Under the pieces are notes generated by a model. The model saw nothing but the letters and a program-made list of their open reading frames with translations, was not told the DNA's origin and did not search any database. DNA of 64,000 nucleotides. Source: Candidatus Gastranaerophilales bacterium. GTDB taxonomy: Bacteria > Cyanobacteriota > Vampirovibrionia > Gastranaerophilales > Gastranaerophilaceae. The DNA lies in NCBI GenBank assembly GCA_944323425.1, contig CALUSL010000004.1:1778-65777 (forward strand), in the 5' to 3' direction. The stretch's first letter is position 1. Each line of letters begins with the position of its first letter. The position numbers and the translations under genes were made by a program. This document shows, in pieces, positions 17,494 to 26,615 of the stretch.

Positions 17494-18714
17494 CTAAACT
17501 AACCTCATGTATTTTCTTTTACCTGCTTGAAGGATAGCTGGTTTTGCAGGTACTGACATAGTGATATCAGTTATTTTTTCGTTATCCAGTTTTACCCCGC
17601 CTCCTGCTATTAGTCTTTTTGCTTCGCCTTTGCTGGATACAAAGCCAAGTTCAAGAAGCAGGTCGAGAATATTCTTTTCTCCATCCATCTTGTGAGAGGG
17701 GATATCTTCTGGTATGCCTTTGTTCTGAACGACATTAACAAATTCATCCTGAGCTTTTTTTGTTTCTTCGTCAGAATGATATTCGTTTGTAATTGTGTAT
17801 GCGAGCTGCATTTTTATGTCTCTCGGGTTTTCTGTTTTTAGACGTTCTTCGATTTTCTTTAGCTCTGCGTCTGAAATATCAGTGAGCAGACTGAAATATT
17901 TCACGATAAGTGTATCAGGAATGGACATAAGTTTTCCGTACATATCTTTTGCGCTGTCTGTCAGTGAAATACAGTGTTCAGGATATGTTTTGGACATTTT
18001 TACAAGTCCGTCTGTGCCTTCAATCAAAGGCAGGAGCATGACCATTTGCGGGTTGGGCTTTCCGTAAGCGGTCTGAATTTCACGTCCGAGAAGAACGTTG
18101 AATCTCTGGTCTGTACCTCCGAGTTCTATATCCGCATCTATTGCGACAGAATCATAAGCCTGCATAAGCGGGTAGAAAAATTCGTGAATGGAAATTGGTT
18201 TTCCTTCTGCATATCTTTTTGCAAAATCATCGCGTGTCATCATCTGTGCGACAGTAACGTTCGATGCCAGTTTTAAAAGATCTGTAAGCTGCATTTTGTG
18301 CAGCCAGTCCGCATTGTTCACGACTTCGGCTTTTGATGTGTCGAGAACCTTTGACATTTGTTCAAAATATGTTTTTGCGTTTTCTTCAACCTGTTCTTTT
18401 GTAAGAGCGGGTCTTGTTTCTGATTTTCCGGACGGATCTCCGACCATTGCAGTAGCTCCGCCTACGAGCAGAACAATTGTGTGTCCAAGTTCCTGAAATT
18501 TTTTGAGTTTTTTCATAACCACTGTATGACCGAGGTGCAGGTCAGGTCTTGTTGGATCCATGCCTAGTTTTACTCGGATGGGGATTCCTGATTCTTTTGA
18601 TTTCTGGAGTTTTATTGCGAGTTCTTTGACTCCGCCTGGCAGAAGTTCAGCACCTCTGGATATTTCTTCTGCCTGTTTTATAAATTCTTCTTTCAGTTGA
18701 AATTTTGCTTCCAT
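17494..18714 (-). CDS. tyrS: Tyrosine--tRNA ligase
   Basis: Class I HIGH (DLHLGH) and KMSKS (KMSKT) motifs with a C-terminal S4-like domain. The stop lies 1 nt from the cysK start. Confidence 0.92.
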   Translation of the reverse strand: MEAKFQLKEEFIKQAEEISRGAELLPGGVKELAIKLQKSKESGIPIRVKLGMDPTRPDLHLGHTVVMKKLKKFQELGHTIVLLVGGATAMVGDPSGKSETRPALTKEQVEENAKTYFEQMSKVLDTSKAEVVNNADWLHKMQLTDLLKLASNVTVAQMMTRDDFAKRYAEGKPISIHEFFYPLMQAYDSVAIDADIELGGTDQRFNVLLGREIQTAYGKPNPQMVMLLPLIEGTDGLVKMSKTYPEHCISLTDSAKDMYGKLMSIPDTLIVKYFSLLTDISDAELKKIEERLKTENPRDIKMQLAYTITNEYHSDEETKKAQDEFVNVVQNKGIPEDIPSHKMDGEKNILDLLLELGFVSSKGEAKRLIAGGGVKLDNEKITDITMSVPAKPAILQAGKRKYMRLV

Positions 18715-18810
18715 TATTTTTATCCTCTGTTTTTCTTATTAATGTTTTTATTGTAACAAAAATAATTGTAAATTGTTGCAGATTTTTATGAAAAAATACT
18801 CGGGCAAGGC

Positions 18811-18839
18811 TTGTAATTCAAATATATGCGTGTTAATAT
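18811..18839 (+). promoter_or_regulatory. Sigma70-type promoter candidate for rpsU (TTGTAA-17 nt-TAATAT)
   Basis: -35 at 18811-18816 and -10 at 18834-18839, about 45 nt upstream of the rpsU ATG. Confidence 0.5.
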
Positions 18840-18885
18840 GACAACACAGAACTACATAAACCAAGCAGAAGGTGGTGAAAACTAA

Positions 18886-19059
18886 ATGCCAGAAGTAAGA
18901 GTCGGTGAAAATGAAAGCATTGAAAGCGCTCTTAAAAGATTTAAAAAGAAAATCCAGAAAGCGGGTATTCTTTCTGAAATCAAAAGACGCGAAGTTTATG
19001 AAAAACCGAGTATAAAAAGAAAACGCAAATCTGAAGCTGCAAGAAAACGCAGAGTTTAG
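18886..19059 (+). CDS. rpsU: 30S ribosomal protein S21 (57 aa; below the ORF-track length cutoff)
   Basis: Translation [57 protein letters not shown] is a typical bS21. An SD (GAAGGTGGTG) lies upstream and a terminator downstream. Confidence 0.92.
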   Translation: MPEVRVGENESIESALKRFKKKIQKAGILSEIKRREVYEKPSIKRKRKSEAARKRRV

Positions 19060-19084
19060 ATTCTGTCATAAGTTTAAATGAATA

Positions 19085-19115
19085 AAAAGCGCACGATTCC
19101 AAACGGCGCTTTTTG
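19085..19115 (+). terminator. Rho-independent terminator after rpsU
   Basis: AAAAGCGCACG...CGGCGCTTTTT forms a stem with one bulged A, followed by a T-run. Confidence 0.6.
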
Positions 19116-19176
19116 TATTTATAAAAATATTTTTATGCTAGACTTGTTTTAAGTCACATAAATAGGGAATAAAAAA

Positions 19177-19575
19177 TTGAGCGATAACAGTCAAATCACA
19201 TCATCAAAATTTGCGAGCGTAATTGCCCGTATTCTGGACGACAAACTGGGTCAGGACATAGCGATTTTGAATATCAGTAATGTTTCTGTACTGGCTGATT
19301 TTTTTGTAATTTGTTCTGCTGACAGCACGACGCAGGTCAGGGCATTGACAGAGCACGTAAGAGATAGAGTGAAACATCTTTTTGAACGTATTCCTGCCGG
19401 TGAAGAAAAAGACATGAAAAACAGATGGAACCTTCTGGACTACGGTGACGTAATCGTTCATGTGCTCCACAGAGAAGAACGTGAAACGTACGCAATTGAA
19501 AAATTCTGGTCGCATGCTTTCAAAGTAAACCGTGAGGACTGGGAGAAGGATTCAGAAGAGTATTCTATATACTAG
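19177..19575 (+). CDS. rsfS: Ribosome silencing factor RsfS (iojap family)
   Basis: DIAILNISNVSVLADFFVICSA and WNLLDYGDVIVHV motifs. TTG start. Confidence 0.88.
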   Translation: MSDNSQITSSKFASVIARILDDKLGQDIAILNISNVSVLADFFVICSADSTTQVRALTEHVRDRVKHLFERIPAGEEKDMKNRWNLLDYGDVIVHVLHREERETYAIEKFWSHAFKVNREDWEKDSEEYSIY

Positions 19576-19587
19576 TAGCTCTATTGT

Positions 19588-22440
19588 TTATTGTTGAATC
19601 CCGGATATGTTTTTCAGTGTATTTTCACTTGCGACAATGGACGTAATAGGATTGCCTCCGAATACGTAGTTCGCGGCATTGTATATGTCGTCGGCTGTGA
19701 TTTCGTCTATAAGTTTTAGATGCAAATCAGTACTACCTGTTGAATAAGGCGAAGAAAGGTTTGAGAGCAGTGTGTGAGTTTGCCCGCCGGAACTTTCTGT
19801 CTCGTTGAGAATGTTCGTTTTTAGACGGAGCTTCGCTGCATCAAGCTCTTCGTCGGATACTTTTTCTGTTTTCAATTTTTCAATATGTTTTTTGAATCCG
19901 TCCAGTGATTTTTTTACATTGTCGTATTTTATAATATTGTTTTCAGGATCGTCTGTTGTCGTTTTTATGTAAAGCGAGATAACTCCGGTATCTCCATACG
20001 CAAACCAGTCAGAATTCACTCTGTATGCGAGCATCTGTTTTTCTCTCAGGTCTGAAAATAGTCTGGATGAAGGATTACCTCCAAGTATGCTGTTCAATAA
20101 TGTGAAAATCAAACGGTCTTTCGGATTTGTGTTTACTTTGAAGGTGTATGCCTGTTCTATTTCTGCCTGAATTCTTTTGTCTTCTTTTGTAAGAAGTTTT
20201 GATTCGGAAATGGGGGTGAATCCATTGAAGATATCAAAATTCTTTTTGTTGAAAACCGGAAATTCGCAAGAAAGCTCCTGCAATGTTTTATTCACAATCT
20301 CAGGATTTTTTTCAACCGGAGCAGTCATTACAAAATCAGCCTGTGCGTTTTTCATAATATACATATAAAGACCTTTGATATCGTCCAGTGTTACACTGTC
20401 AATCGATGCTTTCAGTTCGTCAATTGTCGCAAATTCACTTATATTAGGAAAAAGCTCTCTGTATAATTTGTCGTCAGCAGAAATCTCAGCATTGCTGATG
20501 GCTTCTTTCATCATTGATTTTGCATAATCAAGACTTTCCTGCGTAAATCTCGGGTGCAGAAGGGCTTCTTTTGCATATTTTAGGGATTGTACTGTTTTGC
20601 TTGCCGGCGTAATGCAGTTTAGTTCAATTTCTCTGGAATCTGAATTCAGTGACAGATATATACCCTGCTCATGCGCATCCGTGTAAAATGTGGCATTGTC
20701 TCTGAATGCTGAGCCTTCTTGTAGTATGCCAGCAAGAATCTCTGCTGTAGCCGGCTTGATTTGTGCCGGTATTTTTGCGTTTAGTGAGAGTTTGTAATTC
20801 GTAATTTCTGAGGTATTTGGATTGAATACGGCTGTCATATTGTTGTTTAGATTGTACTGTTTGATTCTTGTACTATCAAAAACCTGTTGGTAGGGCTGAC
20901 CTTTGAACGAGATTTTTGCGGGGTTGGTGCTGCGATTTTCAAGAAGCATTTCTTGTGTTATGTATTCCGGGTGTACAAGACTCAGAGAGACTTTGTTTAA
21001 GTCAAGATATTTTGCAATATATTCATTTATGTCTTTTGGTGTAATGGAATCGAGAATTTGGAGATGGTTTTCAAGATCTCCTATTGTATTGTTCATCATG
21101 GACGAGCCAATAAGTTCATTCAGTCTTTTTGAACTCTCTGAAATATTTGAAAGTGTTATTTTTTGCGCAAGCTTTTCTCTGTCCAGTTCCTTTTGTCCAA
21201 TCGGGTTAGTTTTTAAGCTCTGTATAGCGTTATAGTATGTGTTTAGCAGCTCACCTGTTTTTTCCGGAGAGGTCTGGGATACAAGAAGTATTGCAGTCGG
21301 GTCGTCAGGTCTGTTTCCGACTCTTTCTGTCGTAAACATGCCTGAGCAGTGTATTTTGTCAAGAGCCGAGCTGATTCTGGAGTTTTTATCTCCTAAGAGA
21401 AGGTCCATCACAAGGTTCTGTATAATCATCTCTTTGCCGTCACTGTTTTTTGGACCGGTGAAGCCGAGAACTACTGTGCTGTTTTTTGCTTTTGGCATTA
21501 ATACATCATTTCTCACTGGATTATTCAGGGGAGAAAATTCTGTATAGACTCTGTTTTCGATTTTGCTGCTTTTGGTGTTGTTAAAATATTTTGAAACAAG
21601 CTCTATTGTTTTTTGCGCATCAACGTTCCCGGTGATTACAGTGACGCAGTTGTCGGGAGAGTACCACGCATCGTCGTATGCTCTGACTTTTTCACTGGTC
21701 AGGTTGTTAACGGTGCTTATTGTTCCGGCAATAACATCAGGAACGCTCGTTTTTATACCAAAGAGATTTTTTATACAATTGTTTAATGCGAGATTCACCG
21801 GTTCATCAGAGACCATGCTAATCTCCGAAGTGACAGGACCTTTTTCTTTTTCTACCATTTCAGGAGTGTGAGTCGGGGTCTGCAGCATGTCCGCATGGAT
21901 TCTTATCGTATTTTCAAGATCATTTTCTCCGAGCATCTGAGACTGTACATAGTAGTCTGTTGTGGACATGCCTGTGGATGCGTTTGTTGAGGCGCCCATT
22001 TTGTTTGTCAGTTCGAAGAATTCACCCTCTTTCAAGTTTTCTGAGCCGTTAAATTTCATGTGCTCAATAAAATGAAAAATTCCCTTTTCTGATTCACGTT
22101 CGTTCATAGAGCCGACATTGAAGTAGGATTGAACGACAGTAGAGCCTTTTTTCGGCAGAATAATTACTTTTTGTCCGTTAGCGAGTTTGTAAAATTTAGC
22201 CGGATTCGAGTAAGGAATATTTATGTCCCTTATAAATGTATAGGGCATTGGCATTTTTACTGATAGTTCCGATTTTATTGCGGAGGTCGGATCTGAAGCG
22301 TATGCTTTGGAAACCTGTTTTTCTTCTGGTTGCTGTACAGAACCGGTTCTTTTTTGAATATTGCTGACGTATCCGTTATTGTTTATACCTGATAAAAAAT
22401 TAATCATCTGCACACCTGTTTTATGCTTTTTACCATACAA
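19588..22440 (-). CDS. M16 (pitrilysin/insulinase) family zinc peptidase, double-unit 950 aa
   Basis: The inverted zinc motif HFIEHMKFNGS (HxxEH) lies in the first unit, and the second M16-like half has no motif. The start is uncertain: the ATG at 22407 (MINFLSG) has a better purine-rich upstream region. Confidence 0.85.
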   Translation of the reverse strand: MYGKKHKTGVQMINFLSGINNNGYVSNIQKRTGSVQQPEEKQVSKAYASDPTSAIKSELSVKMPMPYTFIRDINIPYSNPAKFYKLANGQKVIILPKKGSTVVQSYFNVGSMNERESEKGIFHFIEHMKFNGSENLKEGEFFELTNKMGASTNASTGMSTTDYYVQSQMLGENDLENTIRIHADMLQTPTHTPEMVEKEKGPVTSEISMVSDEPVNLALNNCIKNLFGIKTSVPDVIAGTISTVNNLTSEKVRAYDDAWYSPDNCVTVITGNVDAQKTIELVSKYFNNTKSSKIENRVYTEFSPLNNPVRNDVLMPKAKNSTVVLGFTGPKNSDGKEMIIQNLVMDLLLGDKNSRISSALDKIHCSGMFTTERVGNRPDDPTAILLVSQTSPEKTGELLNTYYNAIQSLKTNPIGQKELDREKLAQKITLSNISESSKRLNELIGSSMMNNTIGDLENHLQILDSITPKDINEYIAKYLDLNKVSLSLVHPEYITQEMLLENRSTNPAKISFKGQPYQQVFDSTRIKQYNLNNNMTAVFNPNTSEITNYKLSLNAKIPAQIKPATAEILAGILQEGSAFRDNATFYTDAHEQGIYLSLNSDSREIELNCITPASKTVQSLKYAKEALLHPRFTQESLDYAKSMMKEAISNAEISADDKLYRELFPNISEFATIDELKASIDSVTLDDIKGLYMYIMKNAQADFVMTAPVEKNPEIVNKTLQELSCEFPVFNKKNFDIFNGFTPISESKLLTKEDKRIQAEIEQAYTFKVNTNPKDRLIFTLLNSILGGNPSSRLFSDLREKQMLAYRVNSDWFAYGDTGVISLYIKTTTDDPENNIIKYDNVKKSLDGFKKHIEKLKTEKVSDEELDAAKLRLKTNILNETESSGGQTHTLLSNLSSPYSTGSTDLHLKLIDEITADDIYNAANYVFGGNPITSIVASENTLKNISGIQQ

Positions 22441-22518
22441 TGTCCGTGAATTTTCTATTTTAACAAAAAAACTGTATTTTTTTATAAAAATTTACAAACC
22501 CGGAAGCAAGCTGGCTTT

Positions 22519-23877
22519 TCAGTTCTCAGTGACTTCTTTTATTGCAGAAAAGGCAATGTCAGTCAGAGTCTCAATTTCTTCTTCCGTAATAATCAATGGC
22601 GGCATGAAGTAAATAATGTTTCCTATTGGACGAAGGATTGCGCCTTTTTTCAGCGCTGATTTAAAAACTCTGTGTCCGATTCTTTCTGTAAAGGTATAAG
22701 GTTCTTTTGTCCTTTTGTTCCTTACCATTTCGACTGCACCAATCATGCCTGTATTACGGACGTCTCCGACATGAGAAAGCGTTTTGAACTTTTCAAGGCA
22801 TGACTTTAGCTTTTTAATTTTCGGTTCAAGATTTTCTATAATTTTTTCTTCTTCCATAATTTTCAGGTTTTCTACTGCTATGGCGCAGGCAACAGGGTTT
22901 CCAGTAAAGCTGTGTCCATGGTAGAAAGTTTTTAGCGTGGAAAAATCATCATAGAAAGCATTGTATATTTTGTCGGTAGTGATTGTTGCGGCCAGCGGGA
23001 TATAACCTGCTGTTATACCTTTTGCAACGCAGAAAATGTCCGGCTTTATTCCGGCATGTTCAAAGGCAAAGTATTTTCCTGTTCTACCGAAAGCCATTGC
23101 AACCTCGTCATCAATAAGCAGTATGTCATATTTGTCGCAGAGTGCGCGGAGCTTTTTCAGGTATTCAGCCGGATACATTCTCATTCCAGCAGCGCCCTGA
23201 ACAAGGGGTTCTATAATCATTGCTGCAATTTCGTCGTGTCTTTTTTCAAAGAGTTCTTCCACTTCTTTGAAACACTCAATTTCGCAATTCCCCTGTATGC
23301 AGCCAGCCGGACATCTGTAGCAGTATGGAGCGCTTACTTTTAGCGTCTCAAACACAAGCGGGTTGAATATTTTTTTATAAATATCAATGCCCCCGACAGA
23401 AACAGAGCCAAGGGTGTCGCCGTGGTAGGATTCCGTCATCGATACAAAGTGTTTTTTTTCAGGTTTTCCCTTCTGGTACCAATACTGGTACGCCATTTTT
23501 ATAGCAACTTCAACAGCTGTAGAGCCGTCATCAGAGTAAAAAACTTTTGTAAATGGGCTGCCGGATAGCTCTATAAGCTTTTGAGCAAGTTCTATCGCTG
23601 GTTTGTGTGTAAAATCAGCGAGCAGCACATGTTCTATTTTTTTTGCCTGCTCTGTTAATACACCGTTTAGTTTCGGGTTTGAGTGTCCGAGTGTGTTTAC
23701 CCACCACGACGAAACACCGTCTATATATCTGTTTCCGTCAATGTCGTAGAGATAAATACCTTCCCCTTTTTCTATTAAAATCGGTTTGAAATCCGCCCCT
23801 TCGTACTGTTTCATCTGGGTATCCGGATGCCATACGTATTTTAAATCTTTTTCAATCCATTCTTTTTTATCTGTCAT
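22519..23877 (-). CDS. bioA: Adenosylmethionine-8-amino-7-oxononanoate aminotransferase
   Basis: Class III PLP aminotransferase with a BioA-type N-terminus (WHPDTQMK), plus SWWVNTLGH and DEVAMAFGRTGK. No other bio genes are nearby. Confidence 0.8.
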   Translation of the reverse strand: MTDKKEWIEKDLKYVWHPDTQMKQYEGADFKPILIEKGEGIYLYDIDGNRYIDGVSSWWVNTLGHSNPKLNGVLTEQAKKIEHVLLADFTHKPAIELAQKLIELSGSPFTKVFYSDDGSTAVEVAIKMAYQYWYQKGKPEKKHFVSMTESYHGDTLGSVSVGGIDIYKKIFNPLVFETLKVSAPYCYRCPAGCIQGNCEIECFKEVEELFEKRHDEIAAMIIEPLVQGAAGMRMYPAEYLKKLRALCDKYDILLIDDEVAMAFGRTGKYFAFEHAGIKPDIFCVAKGITAGYIPLAATITTDKIYNAFYDDFSTLKTFYHGHSFTGNPVACAIAVENLKIMEEEKIIENLEPKIKKLKSCLEKFKTLSHVGDVRNTGMIGAVEMVRNKRTKEPYTFTERIGHRVFKSALKKGAILRPIGNIIYFMPPLIITEEEIETLTDIAFSAIKEVTEN

Positions 23878-23962
23878 TTTGCCCCCAATCTGCTACTTCA
23901 TCCTACAACAAATTAACAGGTTTTTATAGACAACAGAAAAATATTTTAATATACAGGAGTGC

Positions 23963-23991
23963 TTGTAATTGACAATCATATTTCATATTAT
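23963..23991 (+). promoter_or_regulatory. Sigma70-type promoter candidate for the Maf-like gene (TTGTAA-17 nt-TATTAT)
   Basis: -35 at 23963-23968 and -10 at 23986-23991, about 100 nt upstream of the ATG. Confidence 0.35.
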
Positions 23992-24093
23992 CAGCCTATT
24001 ATTTTTCAATAAAATTATGTTAAAATTTTACTAAAATAATATGTCATCAGCTTTAGCAGCCGGCATGTGCCGGTATTATAAAACAGGGAAGTC

Positions 24094-26052
24094 ATGGAAA
24101 TATTAGAAAAAAACTTAGCGCTGCTTGAAAAAACTAACAAAATTCTTGCAGATAAAATCAGGAATGTATCTGAAATAAAAAATTCATATGAGCTTAAAAC
24201 AAACCTTGCGGGTGAGTATAATCTTGCAGTAAACGGAAAGCTTGTCCATTCTGTTAATGGCGCAGAAAAAGAAGCAGAGATGCTTTTTAAACAATTACCT
24301 AATGAAAGTGCTAATGTAATTCATGTTATATACGGTCTTGGGTTAGGGTATATGCTTGACTATTATTTTGAGCATACTAAGGGGTCTATTATTGTTTATG
24401 AGCCGGATATAGAATTATTAAGGATTGTTTTAGAAATCGTTGATTTTGAAAAACAGCTGAGTGCTCCTAATGTATTTGTTGCTTCTACCCGCGATGAGCT
24501 GAAAATGGCTTATGATTTGCTTTTTAGATATAAGACTGAAACTGATGTATCGTACCTTGATTATTATAAATATAATAAGAAGGATGAGTATGATAAATTT
24601 ATGAAAGATTTTAATACTATTCATAGTATTTATGCGTTTAATCATAAATTTCATGCTGAAACAACATATCTATTTCTGCATTCAACTTTGTATGCAATGT
24701 ATAAAAGATTGTTCCTTCCTGAAATTGACAGTTATAAAAATATATTAAAAGATAAACCGGCTGTAATTGTATCTGCAGGACCTTCACTTGCAAAAAATAT
24801 AGAAACACTCAAAAAAGCAAAAAATCATGTGGTGATTTTCTGTGTTGGTGCTGCTTACAAAACACTATACGAAAATGGTATTACTCCGGATTTTGCGGTC
24901 TTAATAGAGAAGTTTAATACTTCGCATCATTACACTTTTCCGAATAACAAAGATGTAACAATGATTATTGAGCCGTTTACGAATTATAGCGTATTTCAGG
25001 CTGATTTTAAACGTTATATAACAAGCGTTTCTTATGAAACATCATCGAATCACTGGTTCAAGAAAATTAAAAATGAAACAATAGGAGATTTTGAAGCAAA
25101 GGGTACTGTTTCTTATCAGGCGTTGTCCGCTGCAAAATTGATGGGATGTAATCCTCTAATACTTTTGGGACAGGATCTTGCATATGTAGACGGAAAATGT
25201 TACGCCAAAGGTTCTCAATTTGAAGATCTTGAATGTATAAAGGATGAAACAACCGGAGAATATAAAGTATGGCCGAAGAATTATGAAAAATTCAGAGATG
25301 CTTATTGTTCTACATTAAGGGGCAAGTATTCTGATGAAATTCTTGATGATGTTGTTAGTAGAAATATGGAGAAAATTATGAAGGGGCTGACTTTTGTCGA
25401 TGATCAAAAGGGCGGCAAGCTTCCGACACAAAGCGGATATTCCATGTTCATTCAGTATTTTCAAGAATTTGCTCAAAAGAATAACGGAGAAAATATACTC
25501 ATAAATTCTTCTACCGGTGGTGCTAATATAAAAGGATTTTCTAATATACCTCTAAGTGAAGCAATAGCGCCGTATTTAGAAAAAGAAATTGATGTAGAAA
25601 ATATCATCTCTCAGGTTCAACCTGACCTGCCGGATAAGTCAGTTGTTGAAAAGAATCTGAGAAATGATATGGAATGTATAAGAGAAATACTTCCTCTTCT
25701 TTCTCAGGGACAGTCTTTTGTTAAGATAATAAACATGGAACATCAAAGACATAAAAAATCTACTCAAATTGCGCTAAATTCTTTGAAAAAGGCTGTAGAA
25801 CTCTATTTATCGATTACAAATACTTATTATATTAATAGTGTATTGTATAGATTGATTGCAACTCAGGAAAACAGTTCTATTAAATGGTTTCTGAAAGAAA
25901 ATATAGATATGTCAGAATTTGGAGAACAAAAAGAAGCACTCGAGTTGTTTAAAAACTATTATTTTAATGTAGAGAAAAAATGTAAAAGAATTATTTACCT
26001 TATAGAAAAAAATCTGGAGGTGCTGGATGAAAGCTGTCTTGCAAAGAGTTAA
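24094..26052 (+). CDS. Motility-accessory-factor-like (Maf / DUF115, MptE-like) putative glycosyltransferase
   Basis: Central DUF115 pattern: KPAVIVSAGPSL ... IFCVGAAYK ... GITPDFAVLIEK ... LLGQDLAYVDGKCYAKG. The 652-aa size is typical of Maf proteins. Confidence 0.7.
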   Translation: MEILEKNLALLEKTNKILADKIRNVSEIKNSYELKTNLAGEYNLAVNGKLVHSVNGAEKEAEMLFKQLPNESANVIHVIYGLGLGYMLDYYFEHTKGSIIVYEPDIELLRIVLEIVDFEKQLSAPNVFVASTRDELKMAYDLLFRYKTETDVSYLDYYKYNKKDEYDKFMKDFNTIHSIYAFNHKFHAETTYLFLHSTLYAMYKRLFLPEIDSYKNILKDKPAVIVSAGPSLAKNIETLKKAKNHVVIFCVGAAYKTLYENGITPDFAVLIEKFNTSHHYTFPNNKDVTMIIEPFTNYSVFQADFKRYITSVSYETSSNHWFKKIKNETIGDFEAKGTVSYQALSAAKLMGCNPLILLGQDLAYVDGKCYAKGSQFEDLECIKDETTGEYKVWPKNYEKFRDAYCSTLRGKYSDEILDDVVSRNMEKIMKGLTFVDDQKGGKLPTQSGYSMFIQYFQEFAQKNNGENILINSSTGGANIKGFSNIPLSEAIAPYLEKEIDVENIISQVQPDLPDKSVVEKNLRNDMECIREILPLLSQGQSFVKIINMEHQRHKKSTQIALNSLKKAVELYLSITNTYYINSVLYRLIATQENSSIKWFLKENIDMSEFGEQKEALELFKNYYFNVEKKCKRIIYLIEKNLEVLDESCLAKS

Positions 26053-26464
26053 GCATGCTTCTGTTTCGATAAATGGAGAGACTTTTTCAGAAATAAAGGA
26101 AGGTTTACTTATATTATATGGTGTTGAAAAGGGTGATACCAGAGAAAAAATGGAATGGATGGTCAGAAAAATTCCTAATTTAAGAATTTTTGAGGATGAA
26201 AATGAAAAGATGAATCTTTCTGTGTCTGATATTAAGGGGGAAATTCTTGTTGTATCACAGTTTACACTCGCTGCAGACTGTAAAAAAGGTACAAGACCAG
26301 GGTTCGATATGGCTGAACTTCCTGCACCTGCAGAAAAAATGTATGAAGATTTTGTATCAGAGTTAAAGAAAAGCGGGCTCGTCGTAAAAACCGGCAAATT
26401 TGGCGCTATGATGGATATTTCGCTTTGCAACAATGGACCCGTTACAATAATTTTGGAGAAATAA
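26027..26464 (+). CDS. dtd: D-aminoacyl-tRNA deacylase
   Basis: MKAVLQRV start with SQFTL and NNGPVT motifs. A GGAGG SD is present. The gene overlaps the 3' end of the Maf-like gene by 26 nt. Confidence 0.9.
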   Translation: MKAVLQRVKHASVSINGETFSEIKEGLLILYGVEKGDTREKMEWMVRKIPNLRIFEDENEKMNLSVSDIKGEILVVSQFTLAADCKKGTRPGFDMAELPAPAEKMYEDFVSELKKSGLVVKTGKFGAMMDISLCNNGPVTIILEK

Positions 26465-26487
26465 ATAAAAAATTATTATAAAAATGC

Positions 26488-26516
26488 TTGCCATATAAAG
26501 ATTTTGAGTTTAGAAT
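26488..26516 (+). promoter_or_regulatory. Sigma70-type promoter candidate (TTGCCA-17 nt-TAGAAT)
   Basis: -35 at 26488-26493 and -10 at 26511-26516, giving a leader of about 95 nt before the 26616 ATG. Confidence 0.5.
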
Positions 26517-26615
26517 AAAAATAATTCATGAACTAATTTTTTAATTTACAATTTAATTAACACCGAGGAGCTAATTTATTAAAATAGCCTTTCACTTAAA
26601 AGGGTAAACGAAAAT

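Noticed and set aside
18715-18885. Possible T-box leader upstream of tyrS
   Set aside because: The whole intergenic region is about 170 nt and is shared with the divergent rpsU promoter. I saw no specifier-loop/T-box (AGGGUGGNACCGCG-like) sequence or terminator/antiterminator pair.
25912-26433. 173-aa minus-strand ORF
   Set aside because: It is antisense to the Maf-like 3' end and to dtd, both well supported. It is a Ser/Phe/Ile-rich shadow frame.
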